DNA from: a virus
Direction: 5' to 3' (one strand)
Length of the DNA stretch: 64,000 bases
IMG/VR virus record: IMGVR_UViG_3300032893_002193
Location: 1-64,000 of that record
Shown: piece by piece, positions 29,201-39,268 of the stretch
How the letters are laid out: each line of letters starts with the position of its first letter
How positions within the stretch are numbered: position 1 is the stretch's first letter
Made by a program: the position numbers and the translations under genes
The notes under the pieces: model-generated
The model's database searches: none
The model's input: the letters and a program-made list of their open reading frames with translations, nothing else
What the model was told of the DNA's origin: nothing

Positions 29201-30777
29201 GAACCGCCTTAATAAACGGTAAGGTTGTAAATAGTAATGAAACTATCTCAATACTTCCGGCGGTTCAAGAAACACTATATCCATCATTCTCTACAACAAC
29301 AAATACTATAAATTGGTTTGTTTGTTTAAATGATAAGGGTAAAATAGAGCTTGTGGCAAATGCTGACTATCTGCCAACGCTCTCGGCATTCTATGGTTCA
29401 TTAGATCAAAATCGAGTATTCTATGTTCAAAATCCAAATGCCATATCTCCCTCTCCATATGCGGTTAGATCTGGATATTTAGCGAAAATCATGACATCAT
29501 ATAAAGACTTATTGCCTCTTTATATGATTACATCGATTGTAGCTCAGGTCAGCGGTAAATATGTAGTTAATTCTATTAGAACATATGATTTAAGAAGATA
29601 TGTTGCTAATGGTTATGGTGGGTTAAATAATCCATTTGTTCTCGGACCTAATGGAAGTTTTAGAAGCTTCGATACACTAAACACATATTTAAATCTGTTG
29701 AATAACTATGTTTCTGGTTCAACTAATTCTATAGGAAATAGGGTTTTAGTAAAAGGCATTACCAACATAACTTCAACAGAAACTCTCAATTACTCCAACA
29801 AAGTTTCCTTTATAGGAGATTATGGCGGATTCAATGTAAGTGTTGCAACTGGTTTTGAAATAAGAAATAATGTTGAATTCGATGGAATTAACTTTACCTA
29901 TAATTATGACGCAACATCGGATCCGTCATATTCATCTGCAAGTTTAATTAATTATGCTAATGGATGCATTCATTGTTTGGCAGATGCTGTAAATGGAAAT
30001 CAAAATATAACAATTAAAAACTGTACATTTACATCATCTAATATTCTCAACAAATATGCATTTATGGCCTTTAATTTGCAAACAAACACATGCCAGGTTC
30101 AAAATGTTGTTATAAAGGACAACATATTTAATATATCTTTGCCCCCAATAGGTCCTACAGAAGATTATTCGGCAGTAATTGCATTTGTCGGACCGTCCAC
30201 TTCTCCGTCCTCAACAAGTTCTGCGAGATTAATAAATTGTGTGATAGACGGAAATATTACTAATAAAAATAATATGATAGCAGTAGCCGGATATTATTCT
30301 GCCGGACTTGGTAAGATTGTAGATGCAATTAATCCAATAAATGTTAAGATTACCAATAATATTTGCGGATCCATTAACTTCTTAACCAGAAGAGGTGGAA
30401 TTTCTACAGTTGCTAACTCAACATTCAATGATAATAAAGAATCTTCAATGTTAATAGCAAATAATAATTGCAAGCTAATATTCACCGGAACTCATACCGG
30501 TTCTGTGACAACAAGTAGCATAACAACAATATCTGGAGAGGCATTAAATACTGGTCTATTTAGCGCTAATACAATTATAGAAAATAACTCTGCACACTGG
30601 ATACAGTATGGCATTAGAGTTCCAAATATACCGAATTTAAGAAATGTCTCTCCAACAATAGTTCTTAAAAATAATAAATTAACTGCCTATAATCCAGCCT
30701 ATCTTAGCAGCTATTATCAATATAGTGCCGGTGGATATAATACAGCGATCATCTCTCATAGAACGGTAGGTACATAA
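26290..30777 (+). CDS. Large virion structural protein (tail fibre/baseplate-attached) with C-terminal beta-helix
   Basis: MTNFPTNIDD start resembles phage fibre anchors; Ser/Thr/Asn-rich; IKNCTF/IKDNIF/IDGN/ITNN rungs at the C-terminus. Confidence 0.75.
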   Translation: MTNFPTNIDDDTTLYPVFDNITEIGGTAINQLRSAIFAIENNIGLVANGSTASIASRLNVSINADGSLKASALTAAGLVSLPIFDFQISANAQIQESKIKLNYTTQYLKNLIDLLNSSVQVLDNWLSVTGVKVEPHIAGTNYRHKLSHIDVDNPPGAYKNAPIANLPTSGTSVVSRNIFNADTLVKDINDDLVVHEKSDGTQNITVTSGGTIPPINYAHMAAGVFIDTSRFSTIPTTINDAQQFANFVDNSSLLLLGGRTQTLFSNGISRSSRSSVLWSDIGGQQIVSPTPCTAYLLFSGSNNPVDDISHGDDIILFNPPSSVLSNSVFDAQFALVKPGDIIVINYNNGTPQVSFTIDGTRAIINGSSRTYEVRINGKNIYSSSTATASIYKTFYNENKYGELALGVAHNFFGVQDTLIAGQPRSASALGLGFSPDQIDSTHYNLYLMFYPTGNPLDAAVALPPIDITGNQGITPGQYTLDSLIAATNKAFRQPGYNYRFMAFSYKGEFGIMLADPYNDASFSIISGVVNSTGSYDSSSLLSYPNNIVDNYNNIDPLGFGLNGAVIASPPYSSSYTNPIAAQVPTLFFAPLKRKYYYVNGAERERFNQEVFTILDGYGDGYWIASITNQQSFGSRIETTYTVNLDLSTSSLKVGKTLVVQPAIPVGSSGYNQNDYGRFIIDNVVFNNCPGPSPTTLITVYDAVAGVGISPAPVSPLGTQVLIYFNDDSVAFDAENVSDPSISASFKRYFEILGNQYGRVFSHERARLNLSGSNLTVDATNGFILYSTSEMSYVNIYEVSPKLRGYKSLVYSKIHLFLTSYDGASGVFTGYLCKYDGSTYSHFGTTVTGKKGEITRFYDESNVDYIDVVFDFSDSISSFVNRGIDIQLFPSLALNEEKIFFGSCQVNDSSKSVDHIRDGRQFGNTSEKQLSTSAIDFINSANRLTRENGLVVGFDVQTPSGAPLNQIFLTGGTALINGKVVNSNETISILPAVQETLYPSFSTTTNTINWFVCLNDKGKIELVANADYLPTLSAFYGSLDQNRVFYVQNPNAISPSPYAVRSGYLAKIMTSYKDLLPLYMITSIVAQVSGKYVVNSIRTYDLRRYVANGYGGLNNPFVLGPNGSFRSFDTLNTYLNLLNNYVSGSTNSIGNRVLVKGITNITSTETLNYSNKVSFIGDYGGFNVSVATGFEIRNNVEFDGINFTYNYDATSDPSYSSASLINYANGCIHCLADAVNGNQNITIKNCTFTSSNILNKYAFMAFNLQTNTCQVQNVVIKDNIFNISLPPIGPTEDYSAVIAFVGPSTSPSSTSSARLINCVIDGNITNKNNMIAVAGYYSAGLGKIVDAINPINVKITNNICGSINFLTRRGGISTVANSTFNDNKESSMLIANNNCKLIFTGTHTGSVTTSSITTISGEALNTGLFSANTIIENNSAHWIQYGIRVPNIPNLRNVSPTIVLKNNKLTAYNPAYLSSYYQYSAGGYNTAIISHRTVGT

Positions 30778-31779
30778 ATGAGTAATACCCTAACACTCGG
30801 AAATACTCTTATCACTGGAAACATCATTACATCTGGTAGTGATACAAGTGGAACTATGTACTATTATGATCAGTGCATAAATGCTTCCTCAGAGGCTACA
30901 ATACAGGCAAATACAATTGGTGGTATAAATAGTTCTGGAACCGCCGTCATGATTAAGTTAGGAGATGAGTCGGCATCTAATGTTATAGTTAATAATACTT
31001 TCTATAGAGCCAATTCTGTTATAGGAGCATATATTGCAGATGCCTCGTTATCTACTACTGATCATATTATAACAAATAATATTTTTGATCAGCCAACAGT
31101 AGATGGTACAAACGAAACGATATGTTCAAATTTATCGCAAGGAACGCTTTACAATAATAATAAAAATCAAACAGGATATCTAACCATTCCTCTTGGTCCT
31201 AATTACACTAACTTATATAGTGGAGCAGATATACAAATATCCAATGTGTTGTTCTCCGTATCAACACCAATTAATATATATTCTGCATTAACTTTTACTA
31301 ATAGTGGCGGAGCTAAAGAAGAGGCCGCAACTATGTATTTAGTTAATATATCTGATTATTTACCTGCTGGAACCAAGGTATTAAACTCGGTTCTTGGTAT
31401 AGCGTTTTCAAATAACGGAATTGATACTACCAGCACAAGTACTTTTAAGTGCGATCTGTTTGAGACCATAAATACAAATTATACCCTAAGTACATTATCG
31501 CAATCTATAGCAGATGTATACTATCATGTAAGTATTGCCGATTATGGAGCATTAATTGCAACACAGCGAACATCAAATATTTTAAGCATAGCGAGTCCAT
31601 CTGATTTGACCGCTGCATTGGGTCATACAACATTCCTTTCGATTGATACCTCTTCTTTTAACTATTGTTCTTCAGAAAATAATAAGATATTTGTTAGAAT
31701 ATTATACGATGTTTGGACTGCTGCCTCTTCTCAGGTTCAAGTTGAGCAATCTCCTCTTATAATTAAATATAGGTGGTGA
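30778..31779 (+). CDS. Beta-helix-containing structural protein
   Basis: ITGNII, IQANTI, IVNNTF and ITNNIF rungs; starts immediately after, and in frame with, the upstream stop. Confidence 0.7.
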   Translation: MSNTLTLGNTLITGNIITSGSDTSGTMYYYDQCINASSEATIQANTIGGINSSGTAVMIKLGDESASNVIVNNTFYRANSVIGAYIADASLSTTDHIITNNIFDQPTVDGTNETICSNLSQGTLYNNNKNQTGYLTIPLGPNYTNLYSGADIQISNVLFSVSTPINIYSALTFTNSGGAKEEAATMYLVNISDYLPAGTKVLNSVLGIAFSNNGIDTTSTSTFKCDLFETINTNYTLSTLSQSIADVYYHVSIADYGALIATQRTSNILSIASPSDLTAALGHTTFLSIDTSSFNYCSSENNKIFVRILYDVWTAASSQVQVEQSPLIIKYRW

Positions 31780-31780
31780 T

Positions 31781-32572
31781 ATGACCACTAATAATATCTG
31801 GAGAAGTGATTTACCATCTCTGTATAACTTGGTACAAAATTCGATGATTTTGTATCCAAAAGAAATTATTATAGCTACATTAAGAGATTATTATTCAAAA
31901 GACTCTTACTATCATTTTGCTACTGATAATTTTGGATTCCCGCAAACTCCAGATCATACTGATTTGCCAAGAGACTCCGGTTTTCATGATAATACAACTA
32001 CCCGAGTGTTTATAGGAGAAAGTTATAGATATGATGTTATTTATTATCCGGCCATTATAGTTAGATCTGGAGGTTCTAATTCAGTTCCTATATCAATGAA
32101 CAGAGAGACAGGATCGGTCCAGTGGGAGTACATGACTTTCTCGGATGGATGTGGTAATACGCTATCCTATAAATATCCGGCGAGTTTTATTTTTGCTGGC
32201 GCGTGGGAGGGTAGCATCAATATAGATATTTCTACAAGAGACTTGCGTTCGAGAGACGATCTTGTTGACGCAACATCTATATTGTTTACTGATTTCGCAG
32301 TAAATGATTTAATAAAATCTGGAATTTTAATAAAAAATGTTTCGGCCGGATCTCCAACAGAAGTTCCAGACAGAACCGACATGTTATTTAAGCAGACGGT
32401 GACCCTACAAATTAGATCCGAGTGGCGTAGAGAAATTCCAATATCAAATGTAATAGATACCATAAAATTTGCCGTAGATATCGGTAGAGTTAATCCAGAA
32501 AGTTCTCCGGCAGCACCCAATATGAGGATAGATATAACCGAAACATTATCTGAAATTCTATCCAACATATAA
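31781..32572 (+). CDS. Putative tail completion/terminator protein
   Basis: Immediately upstream of the sheath gene; YPAIIV...INIDIST...RDDLVD...TVTLQIRSEW pattern resembles tail-terminator folds. Confidence 0.55.
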   Translation: MTTNNIWRSDLPSLYNLVQNSMILYPKEIIIATLRDYYSKDSYYHFATDNFGFPQTPDHTDLPRDSGFHDNTTTRVFIGESYRYDVIYYPAIIVRSGGSNSVPISMNRETGSVQWEYMTFSDGCGNTLSYKYPASFIFAGAWEGSINIDISTRDLRSRDDLVDATSILFTDFAVNDLIKSGILIKNVSAGSPTEVPDRTDMLFKQTVTLQIRSEWRREIPISNVIDTIKFAVDIGRVNPESSPAAPNMRIDITETLSEILSNI

Positions 32573-32688
32573 TTAAAAATAAAACTTTTAAAAGGCTTGA
32601 TAGTGGTATAATATGGCATTTATAAAGAAGAAGTAGAAAATACGATGTTTTACACTAATAATAGACTTTTTCAATATAGAGGATTAGT

Positions 32689-35490
32689 ATGAGTAATATA
32701 CCCGGAGCACCTGGCGCACTTCCTGGAGTTTTTACAGATGTCGTAACCCAGAGTCGGGGCGTGGCAATAAACTCGGGAATTAGAGTTTCATGTATAGTTG
32801 GAGAGGGATTAAGAAGCGAAGTAATTGTTTCTTCTGCTAACGGTGGAGGAAATGATGGTTTTAATTCTTCATATACATCAACCAGTGGCAGCGATGGCAG
32901 ACACTTTACGCTAACATATGCTCCAGTTATCTCAAATAGAACCACACTGTATAAAAATGGCCTTCCGCTAGTTGGATTAGAGGCAAGCATAGATAATAAT
33001 CCATTTAGCTTTGTTTATGATTATAGAATAGATATAAGTACAGGAAGAATTCAACTTCAGGCGTCACAATTAGTTGACCAAGGCGGAACATATTATTCTA
33101 CAGGATCGACAAACGTTGGTGTTGGAGTTGTCGATGGTTACGGTGGGTCCGGAATTAAACTCATAGATACCAATGCTCCAACAGAAACATGGACAATTAA
33201 GTGCATTTCTGTACTGAGAAACAATCTTAATCAACCAATAGCGGGTACAGCAAAGTTTATAGCTTTTGGTTCGGTTTCAGGAAATGTTTTAGATGCAAAT
33301 GGAAATGTAATTACCTGGATAGCAAACGGCCAAGAGGTAAATAACGGAATACTAAGCTTTAATATTACAGAAACAACTGTCGGTGGTAATGCAGTTTCTG
33401 TATTTAGAGAGGGCGATTACTTTACAATTCAGGTTAAAGGCGGAGTGTTGGTTAAAAACGATACACTAACAGCCACTTATATCTCAGTTGCCGACATTAA
33501 TGATCCTACTTTCTTTACCGATATGGCTTCATTAACAGCCAAACACGGATCAGTTAGTCTTACAAATAGACTTTCTCTCGGTGCACAATTAGCATTTGAT
33601 AATGGTACTCCTGGAGTTTTGGCAATGCAAGCCGCTCCGCCATTACCGCGTAGAACATCATATGTATTAGAAAGTACATTCAATTCTTTATCAACAAATC
33701 CAGATGATTATAAGCTTCCATTACCATATGGAGTGACACCTAATCTAACATCTGACATACACTTCTTTGTTACCAATCCTGCTACTGGAGTTGAAACACA
33801 AATACTTCCCAATAAGTATTCTTTCTATACTCTTGATACAGCAGGCAATCCAACATCAAGTCAGTTCATATTTAGTGCGGTTAATCCTCCTTCAGGATAT
33901 AACTATTCATATACCGTAACCTCCAGCTCTGCTACATTAAATTTTGCAACTGATGGTTATCTAAACAGAAACCTAACCTCACAAACTCTCGCTACGCTTA
34001 GCACTGGAACCGCAACCTTCGGGCTTTCGTATGTTGGTAAACAAGTTAAGATTATAGATTCAAATAATCTTGCCAATATAGGAACATTCTCGATTGTGGG
34101 CGTTAGCAATGGAATGTTAAACATTTCTGCTACCGGTTCTCCTCCGTTCTCGGCATATGTAAACGATGCTGCTTGTAGCTTTCAATTAATTAATCCGGTT
34201 ACTGGCTTAACTGTTGGCGGAAGTTCAGGAACAGATGGTACTTTGGTTTCTATACCATCCACAAGTACCGGAACATTACATAGCGTTGCCGTTAACTTCA
34301 ATAGCTTCGCTGGTCTTGGTTTGCTTGGATTAAAGCTCAAGATTACCGCTTCAACTACAGCTACAAACTTAGGCCTATTTGACATTACTGGATATAACAG
34401 TGGTACAAATACATTAACAATAGCCAAATCATTTGTTAGTGAATCAAATCTAAAATTTGAAGTTTTAGACCCAACTAATACAAGCAACTATGTTGTTGTA
34501 AATCAAAATGTTGTTCCAAATGGATATAGCGTTAGAGTTACAATCGTTGATTCAAGAGACTTCTCCTTCTATGATGCTGGATGGCTTACTGCATTAAGCA
34601 CTCTTGAGGCCTTTGAACTTGATATATTGGTACCTCTACCAAGCTCAACAATCTCAGCTGTGTTTGAAAATTCACTAAACCACTGCATTACTATGAGCAA
34701 TACACTTAATCGTAAAGAAAGAGTGTTGTTTATAGGAGCAATCAACGGTCTTACTCCGGATAATCTAACCGGAGCTAAATTAGCAGCTGTTGAAAACATA
34801 GGTATACTTGAAGGAATTCAAGGAGCTACAGTTAGCGATATTCTTGCAGGAAAGACTGAAGACCTCGCGAATTACTCTGTACCAAATGCTTATGGTAATA
34901 CATATCGTTGTGTTTACTTCTATCCTGATCAGATCGTGGTTGAAGTCGGTGGAGACAATCAGATTATTGATGGTTTCTATTTGGCGGCAGCAGCAGCTGG
35001 TTATTGCTCGGCGACATCGAACATTTCAATGCCGCTAACTAACAAGGTCCTATCTGGATTTACTATACTTAAAAATAAAACCTTCTCAAATACTGTTTTG
35101 ACCAATCTAGCAAATGCCGGAGTTTGTGTTCTTCAGCCGGTCAGTGGCGGAGGAAAGGTTGTCTGGGGCCTAACTACAACTCAAAGTGGTTATCCGGAAG
35201 AACAGGAAATCTCTATTGTTTTCATTAGAGATCGTGTAGCTAAGTCCCTTCGTGCTGGATTTGCCGGATATGTTGGTTTGCCAGAAGATATAGACACCAT
35301 TTCTGTTCTTACTACAAGAGCAAAGGCACTATTAAATGGATTCGTGTCTCAAAAACTAATAACTGACTGGGCTGACTTAGTTGTTAGTAGAGATTCGGTA
35401 GATCCAAGACAGTGGGATATTAGTGTTAGAGTTCAGCCGACTTATCCAATAAACTGGATTTACATAAGGGTTGGAATAGGACAAATATAA
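32689..35490 (+). CDS. Contractile tail sheath protein with inserted domains
   Basis: N-terminal PGVFT; C-terminal GLTT...EEQEISIVFIRDRVAKSLR...DPRQWDISVRVQPTYPINWIYI sheath signature; GAGG RBS. Confidence 0.9.
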   Translation: MSNIPGAPGALPGVFTDVVTQSRGVAINSGIRVSCIVGEGLRSEVIVSSANGGGNDGFNSSYTSTSGSDGRHFTLTYAPVISNRTTLYKNGLPLVGLEASIDNNPFSFVYDYRIDISTGRIQLQASQLVDQGGTYYSTGSTNVGVGVVDGYGGSGIKLIDTNAPTETWTIKCISVLRNNLNQPIAGTAKFIAFGSVSGNVLDANGNVITWIANGQEVNNGILSFNITETTVGGNAVSVFREGDYFTIQVKGGVLVKNDTLTATYISVADINDPTFFTDMASLTAKHGSVSLTNRLSLGAQLAFDNGTPGVLAMQAAPPLPRRTSYVLESTFNSLSTNPDDYKLPLPYGVTPNLTSDIHFFVTNPATGVETQILPNKYSFYTLDTAGNPTSSQFIFSAVNPPSGYNYSYTVTSSSATLNFATDGYLNRNLTSQTLATLSTGTATFGLSYVGKQVKIIDSNNLANIGTFSIVGVSNGMLNISATGSPPFSAYVNDAACSFQLINPVTGLTVGGSSGTDGTLVSIPSTSTGTLHSVAVNFNSFAGLGLLGLKLKITASTTATNLGLFDITGYNSGTNTLTIAKSFVSESNLKFEVLDPTNTSNYVVVNQNVVPNGYSVRVTIVDSRDFSFYDAGWLTALSTLEAFELDILVPLPSSTISAVFENSLNHCITMSNTLNRKERVLFIGAINGLTPDNLTGAKLAAVENIGILEGIQGATVSDILAGKTEDLANYSVPNAYGNTYRCVYFYPDQIVVEVGGDNQIIDGFYLAAAAAGYCSATSNISMPLTNKVLSGFTILKNKTFSNTVLTNLANAGVCVLQPVSGGGKVVWGLTTTQSGYPEEQEISIVFIRDRVAKSLRAGFAGYVGLPEDIDTISVLTTRAKALLNGFVSQKLITDWADLVVSRDSVDPRQWDISVRVQPTYPINWIYIRVGIGQI

Positions 35491-35571
35491 TCAAATAATA
35501 TAATATATGGTTATTTTTTAAAAACTTTTGTTATATAATATATGTAAGTAGACTTTTCTGGAGATTTCATC

Positions 35572-36198
35572 ATGGCTCTTTTAACACCACAAACCGGATC
35601 GATTATAGAAAATCCAAATGGATCTAATAGAACCGGCACAGCACTATCTACTAACATAGTAATTAGAGTTGGACCTAACGCAGTAGGTGCGGTTCAAAGC
35701 TTAAGTGTAACCGAAGAAAGATCAATTATAATGATAGATGAAGTCGGCACAGATGGTCATATTGATTCCGCCCCACAAAGAAGTACAAATATAACCGGAT
35801 CGTGCAACAGAATTCGTTTTGATAGACTTCGCGTTTCAGAGGCATTTTCTAGAGGATTTTTACACGCACATGCTCAACGCATTCCTTTTGATATAGATAT
35901 TTATGACAAATGGAATGGCGATGGCAATAGCATGATTGTCACTACGATTAAAAATGTATGGATTTCTAATATATCATATGATTATAGATCGGAAAACTTC
36001 ATCATAGCCGATACAATGCAGTGGCAAGCAGAAGCCATTTCTAGCTCAATTAATGGCGCCAGCGCTGCAGTTGGTGGTGCTAGAAACCTAGTTCTTCAAA
36101 CAGATACTCTAGGAATTGAGCAGCAAGCAGATAGAGGACAGCGTAGAGGTTCGTTAGACGCTCCTGGTTTAATTAATGCTGTTTTCGCAAATTTCTAA
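35572..36198 (+). CDS. Tail tube protein
   Basis: Follows the sheath gene; VGAVQSLSVTEER, PFDIDIYD and TIKNVWISNISYDY motifs fit gp19-like tubes. Confidence 0.8.
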   Translation: MALLTPQTGSIIENPNGSNRTGTALSTNIVIRVGPNAVGAVQSLSVTEERSIIMIDEVGTDGHIDSAPQRSTNITGSCNRIRFDRLRVSEAFSRGFLHAHAQRIPFDIDIYDKWNGDGNSMIVTTIKNVWISNISYDYRSENFIIADTMQWQAEAISSSINGASAAVGGARNLVLQTDTLGIEQQADRGQRRGSLDAPGLINAVFANF

Positions 36199-36274
36199 TT
36201 AGTATTTTCTCTGCAATATTTTAAAAACTTCGGATATAGTATAGGTGTAACCTAGTAATTTATCTGGAGTTTTT

Positions 36275-36925
36275 ATGTCTATTAATGATCCTATAGCACG
36301 AAGAAATTTTGCCATTGGTAATCAACAGCGAACATTTGTTGTTGAGGACCCGACATTAGCGCAACCTCAAAATAGGCCGCCACAACCAAATGCGCCTCAA
36401 ACTCAACCCCCTCCTGTTCAAAATTTTATTCAACAGGGAGAGCGATCATTGTCTCAAAAGGAAATAGAAGAATATCACAGAATGAGAAAAGAGCAACTTG
36501 AGTCTAATAGTATGATTAGCGATTATGCCAAAAAAAGAGTTGAAATTATAACAGGAACCGGAAGTCTAACAAAAGATGTAGATTTAGATGGTCATAAATT
36601 TTCTTTAAGAACTTTAAAAAATAAAGAAACAAAAGAAGCAATGATGGAGTCAATAGGAGCTTCTAAAAATGATATGGAAGCGATGTATGAAACAAGAAGG
36701 CAGTTCTTAGCAAGGTCATTGTTTAGAATTGATGATGCTGACATTGCTCTTGTTCTTGGAAGTTCAGATTTATCCACCAGATTATATTTTATTGATGAAT
36801 TAGAAGAATCAGTTGTCGATAAATTATATGTAGAGTTTAATAATTTAAGAAATGAAGTAAGAGACAAATATACTCCAAAAACAAGTCAAGAGGTTAAGGA
36901 GGTAATTGAAGATATAAAAAAATAG
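36275..36925 (+). CDS. Tail assembly chaperone (lambda G-like)
   Basis: Lies between tube and tape measure; FSLRTL...VVDKLYVEF pattern; ends in a slippery sequence. Confidence 0.75.
   Translation: MSINDPIARRNFAIGNQQRTFVVEDPTLAQPQNRPPQPNAPQTQPPPVQNFIQQGERSLSQKEIEEYHRMRKEQLESNSMISDYAKKRVEIITGTGSLTKDVDLDGHKFSLRTLKNKETKEAMMESIGASKNDMEAMYETRRQFLARSLFRIDDADIALVLGSSDLSTRLYFIDELEESVVDKLYVEFNNLRNEVRDKYTPKTSQEVKEVIEDIKK
36916..36922 (+). other. Programmed -1 ribosomal frameshift site A AAA AAA
   Basis: ATA AAA AAA TAG. The -1 frame is open from 36922 (IVKDPSQRFLWFLSKTYKKFPDDPEFEEM) into ORF 37006..37278. Confidence 0.8.
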
Positions 36926-37278
36926 TTAAGGATCCATCACAGAGATTTTTATGGTTTTTAAGCAAAACATATAAAAAATTTCCAGATGATCCTGAATTTG
37001 AAGAGATGGATCCAAATCTTAAATTTCTAATGTTTAGTCATTGGATAGAAGACCAGTCAGAGAAAATTGATATTTTAAAAAATCACGGATATTTGATTGG
37101 TTCGTTTATTAATCCGGAAGCGGTTAGCAAGATACTTGGATCTGGTAGTAAGCACTTCGAATCTACAGAAGAAGATTTTGAAGAAACATCTCGCTTAATT
37201 TTTGAGCATAATAATATGGAAGAAAAAAAAGAACAATCTAAACGCAAGAAAAAGAAAAAAAAGTTAATAAGAGCGTAA
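36922..37278 (+). CDS. C-terminal extension of the frameshifted tail chaperone (lambda GT-like; fusion about 334 aa)
   Basis: The open frame extends 28 codons upstream of the tracked ATG 37006 back to the slippery site, and ends 1 nt before the tape measure start. Confidence 0.75.
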   Translation: MVKDPSQRFLWFLSKTYKKFPDDPEFEEMDPNLKFLMFSHWIEDQSEKIDILKNHGYLIGSFINPEAVSKILGSGSKHFESTEEDFEETSRLIFEHNNMEEKKEQSKRKKKKKKLIRA

Positions 37279-37279
37279 T

Positions 37280-39259
37280 ATGGCCGATAGTATAGAAAAT
37301 CTACTGCAAGCGTTTGTAAAAGCAAAATTAAATACCGATGATCTTACAAATAGCGTAAGTAAATTAGGAGATAGCATATCTGGTATGATGTCTTCATATA
37401 CTAACTATGCCAATGAATATATTAACTCAATGAAAAATATGACGGCATCTACTACTGATTTTTCTAATCAGGCAATAAGATCCTTTGAAACATTAAATAG
37501 AGTATATTCAACATTTAGCAAAATAGATCCTTTTGCCGGTCTTGAAAAAAGTGGAGGACGAGCAATTACATCTATTACAGATCAAACGAAAAGACTACTT
37601 GAAGTCTCTGAAATGGCCGGACAATTAATTCCTGATAAACTAAAAAATGCCTTCGCTGATTTGCATCTTGATATTGGAACCAAGGCTTTTTCTGGATTTA
37701 TTGATTCTGCAAACAGAATGCGAGAGGCCCAACAGTTTGTTCTGGGTATGGCTTCTGCTACCGGAAAACTTACCGATATATTAGGAAAATCAGGACCACA
37801 ACTAGAAGGACTAAATGATTTAATTGGCGTCTATGGAGATAAGATTACCGTTGCAGCTGAGGCTAATAATATGGCCGATTCTGCTGTTAGAGATTTTTTG
37901 TCATCAGCATCTAATATTCCCGGTGTTTTTGAAGATAGTACATTACAAATAGGAAAGAATGGAGAACATCTTGATAGATTAACATCAATATTAAGAATAT
38001 CTGCCGGCGCACAAATCAGTAATGCCGATACTACAAAAATATTACAAACCGCATATGAAAAATTAGGAAATGCTCAAGGAGAAGTGACTGATAGCATAGA
38101 AAAGGGAGAGCAAATCATTTCTCTAATGTCAGAATCATCTAATAAGTTTGGTGTTAGATTGTCTGATATGGAAGATTTTCTAAGCAATACCGCAGAAACT
38201 TTTAAGGATGTCGGTGATAATACTGAATCTGCAACAAGAATATTAAATAATTATGTTGGAGCATTACGCCAAACTGGTCTTACAACAAAAGAATCAGTCT
38301 CTATAACAAATGATCTGGTATCGGGATTAAATCGATTATCTACTGGAACAAAGGCGGTAGTTTCTGCAAGAAGTGGAGGTCCCGGTGGCTTACAAGGCAT
38401 GTTTAGAATTGAGCAGATGTTAAGAGAGGGTAAGGCCGATGAAGTTTTAGCCATGACTCAAAGGACCTTAAGACAACAGTTTGGTGGAAGGATATATACG
38501 CAGGCAGAGGCAGCATCAAGTCCAGAGGCAGCTGCGCAATTCTATAGGCAGAGGGCATTACTACAGAGCGGCGTCCTTGGTCCAAAAATAGAAGATCCTG
38601 AAAAGGCTACAAGATTACTAGAAGCTATGAAAAGCGGCATTGGTGGAGAAGATATTATAAGCGGACAAGATGCTGTTAAAAATACCGCCGAAAGAGGCAA
38701 TGAGATACTTTTAAAACAAGCAAATTATTTACAGCATATTGATAATGTATTGACTCAACAGGCGCGCGAAGGAGATAAGAAAAATTTGCAGTTATTTGAA
38801 AAAATTGCAGGTTCTGGTGGTATTGAGAGCAGAGGGGCAATGATAGATGCTCAATCAAGATACGCTGGACAAACTGCAATGATATCTAGAGAAATAAATA
38901 AAAGGTCTTCTGATAGAAAAGATTTAAGTTTAAGTATGTTAGAGGCTAATATAAAAACGCTATCTGATGGTTCAAAAATAACCGCCTCTGCGTTTAAAGA
39001 AATTAGTTCTGCCGCGCAAAGTTTTGCAAAAATAATTCAAGAGGGATCTTCTATTATAAATAAGGCTACACAAGAAACAAGAGATAAGGTAAGCCTCAAA
39101 GAGGGGCAAGAAAGAACCGCGGCTTCACAAAAAATAACCCTGGATATTAAGATACAAGACGGTTTGGCTGTAAATGTAAGTACCGCTAAGGGGGCAAGCA
39201 GGGCCGTAGGAACTGGCGGGGTGACATCTAATACATATGAAGTAGAGTTTCAAAAATAG
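37280..39259 (+). CDS. Tape measure protein
   Basis: Follows the chaperone pair; 659 aa, Ala/Gly/Ser/Gln-rich and helical, with few Pro or aromatic residues. Confidence 0.75.
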   Translation: MADSIENLLQAFVKAKLNTDDLTNSVSKLGDSISGMMSSYTNYANEYINSMKNMTASTTDFSNQAIRSFETLNRVYSTFSKIDPFAGLEKSGGRAITSITDQTKRLLEVSEMAGQLIPDKLKNAFADLHLDIGTKAFSGFIDSANRMREAQQFVLGMASATGKLTDILGKSGPQLEGLNDLIGVYGDKITVAAEANNMADSAVRDFLSSASNIPGVFEDSTLQIGKNGEHLDRLTSILRISAGAQISNADTTKILQTAYEKLGNAQGEVTDSIEKGEQIISLMSESSNKFGVRLSDMEDFLSNTAETFKDVGDNTESATRILNNYVGALRQTGLTTKESVSITNDLVSGLNRLSTGTKAVVSARSGGPGGLQGMFRIEQMLREGKADEVLAMTQRTLRQQFGGRIYTQAEAASSPEAAAQFYRQRALLQSGVLGPKIEDPEKATRLLEAMKSGIGGEDIISGQDAVKNTAERGNEILLKQANYLQHIDNVLTQQAREGDKKNLQLFEKIAGSGGIESRGAMIDAQSRYAGQTAMISREINKRSSDRKDLSLSMLEANIKTLSDGSKITASAFKEISSAAQSFAKIIQEGSSIINKATQETRDKVSLKEGQERTAASQKITLDIKIQDGLAVNVSTAKGASRAVGTGGVTSNTYEVEFQK

Positions 39260-39268
39260 CGAGACATT

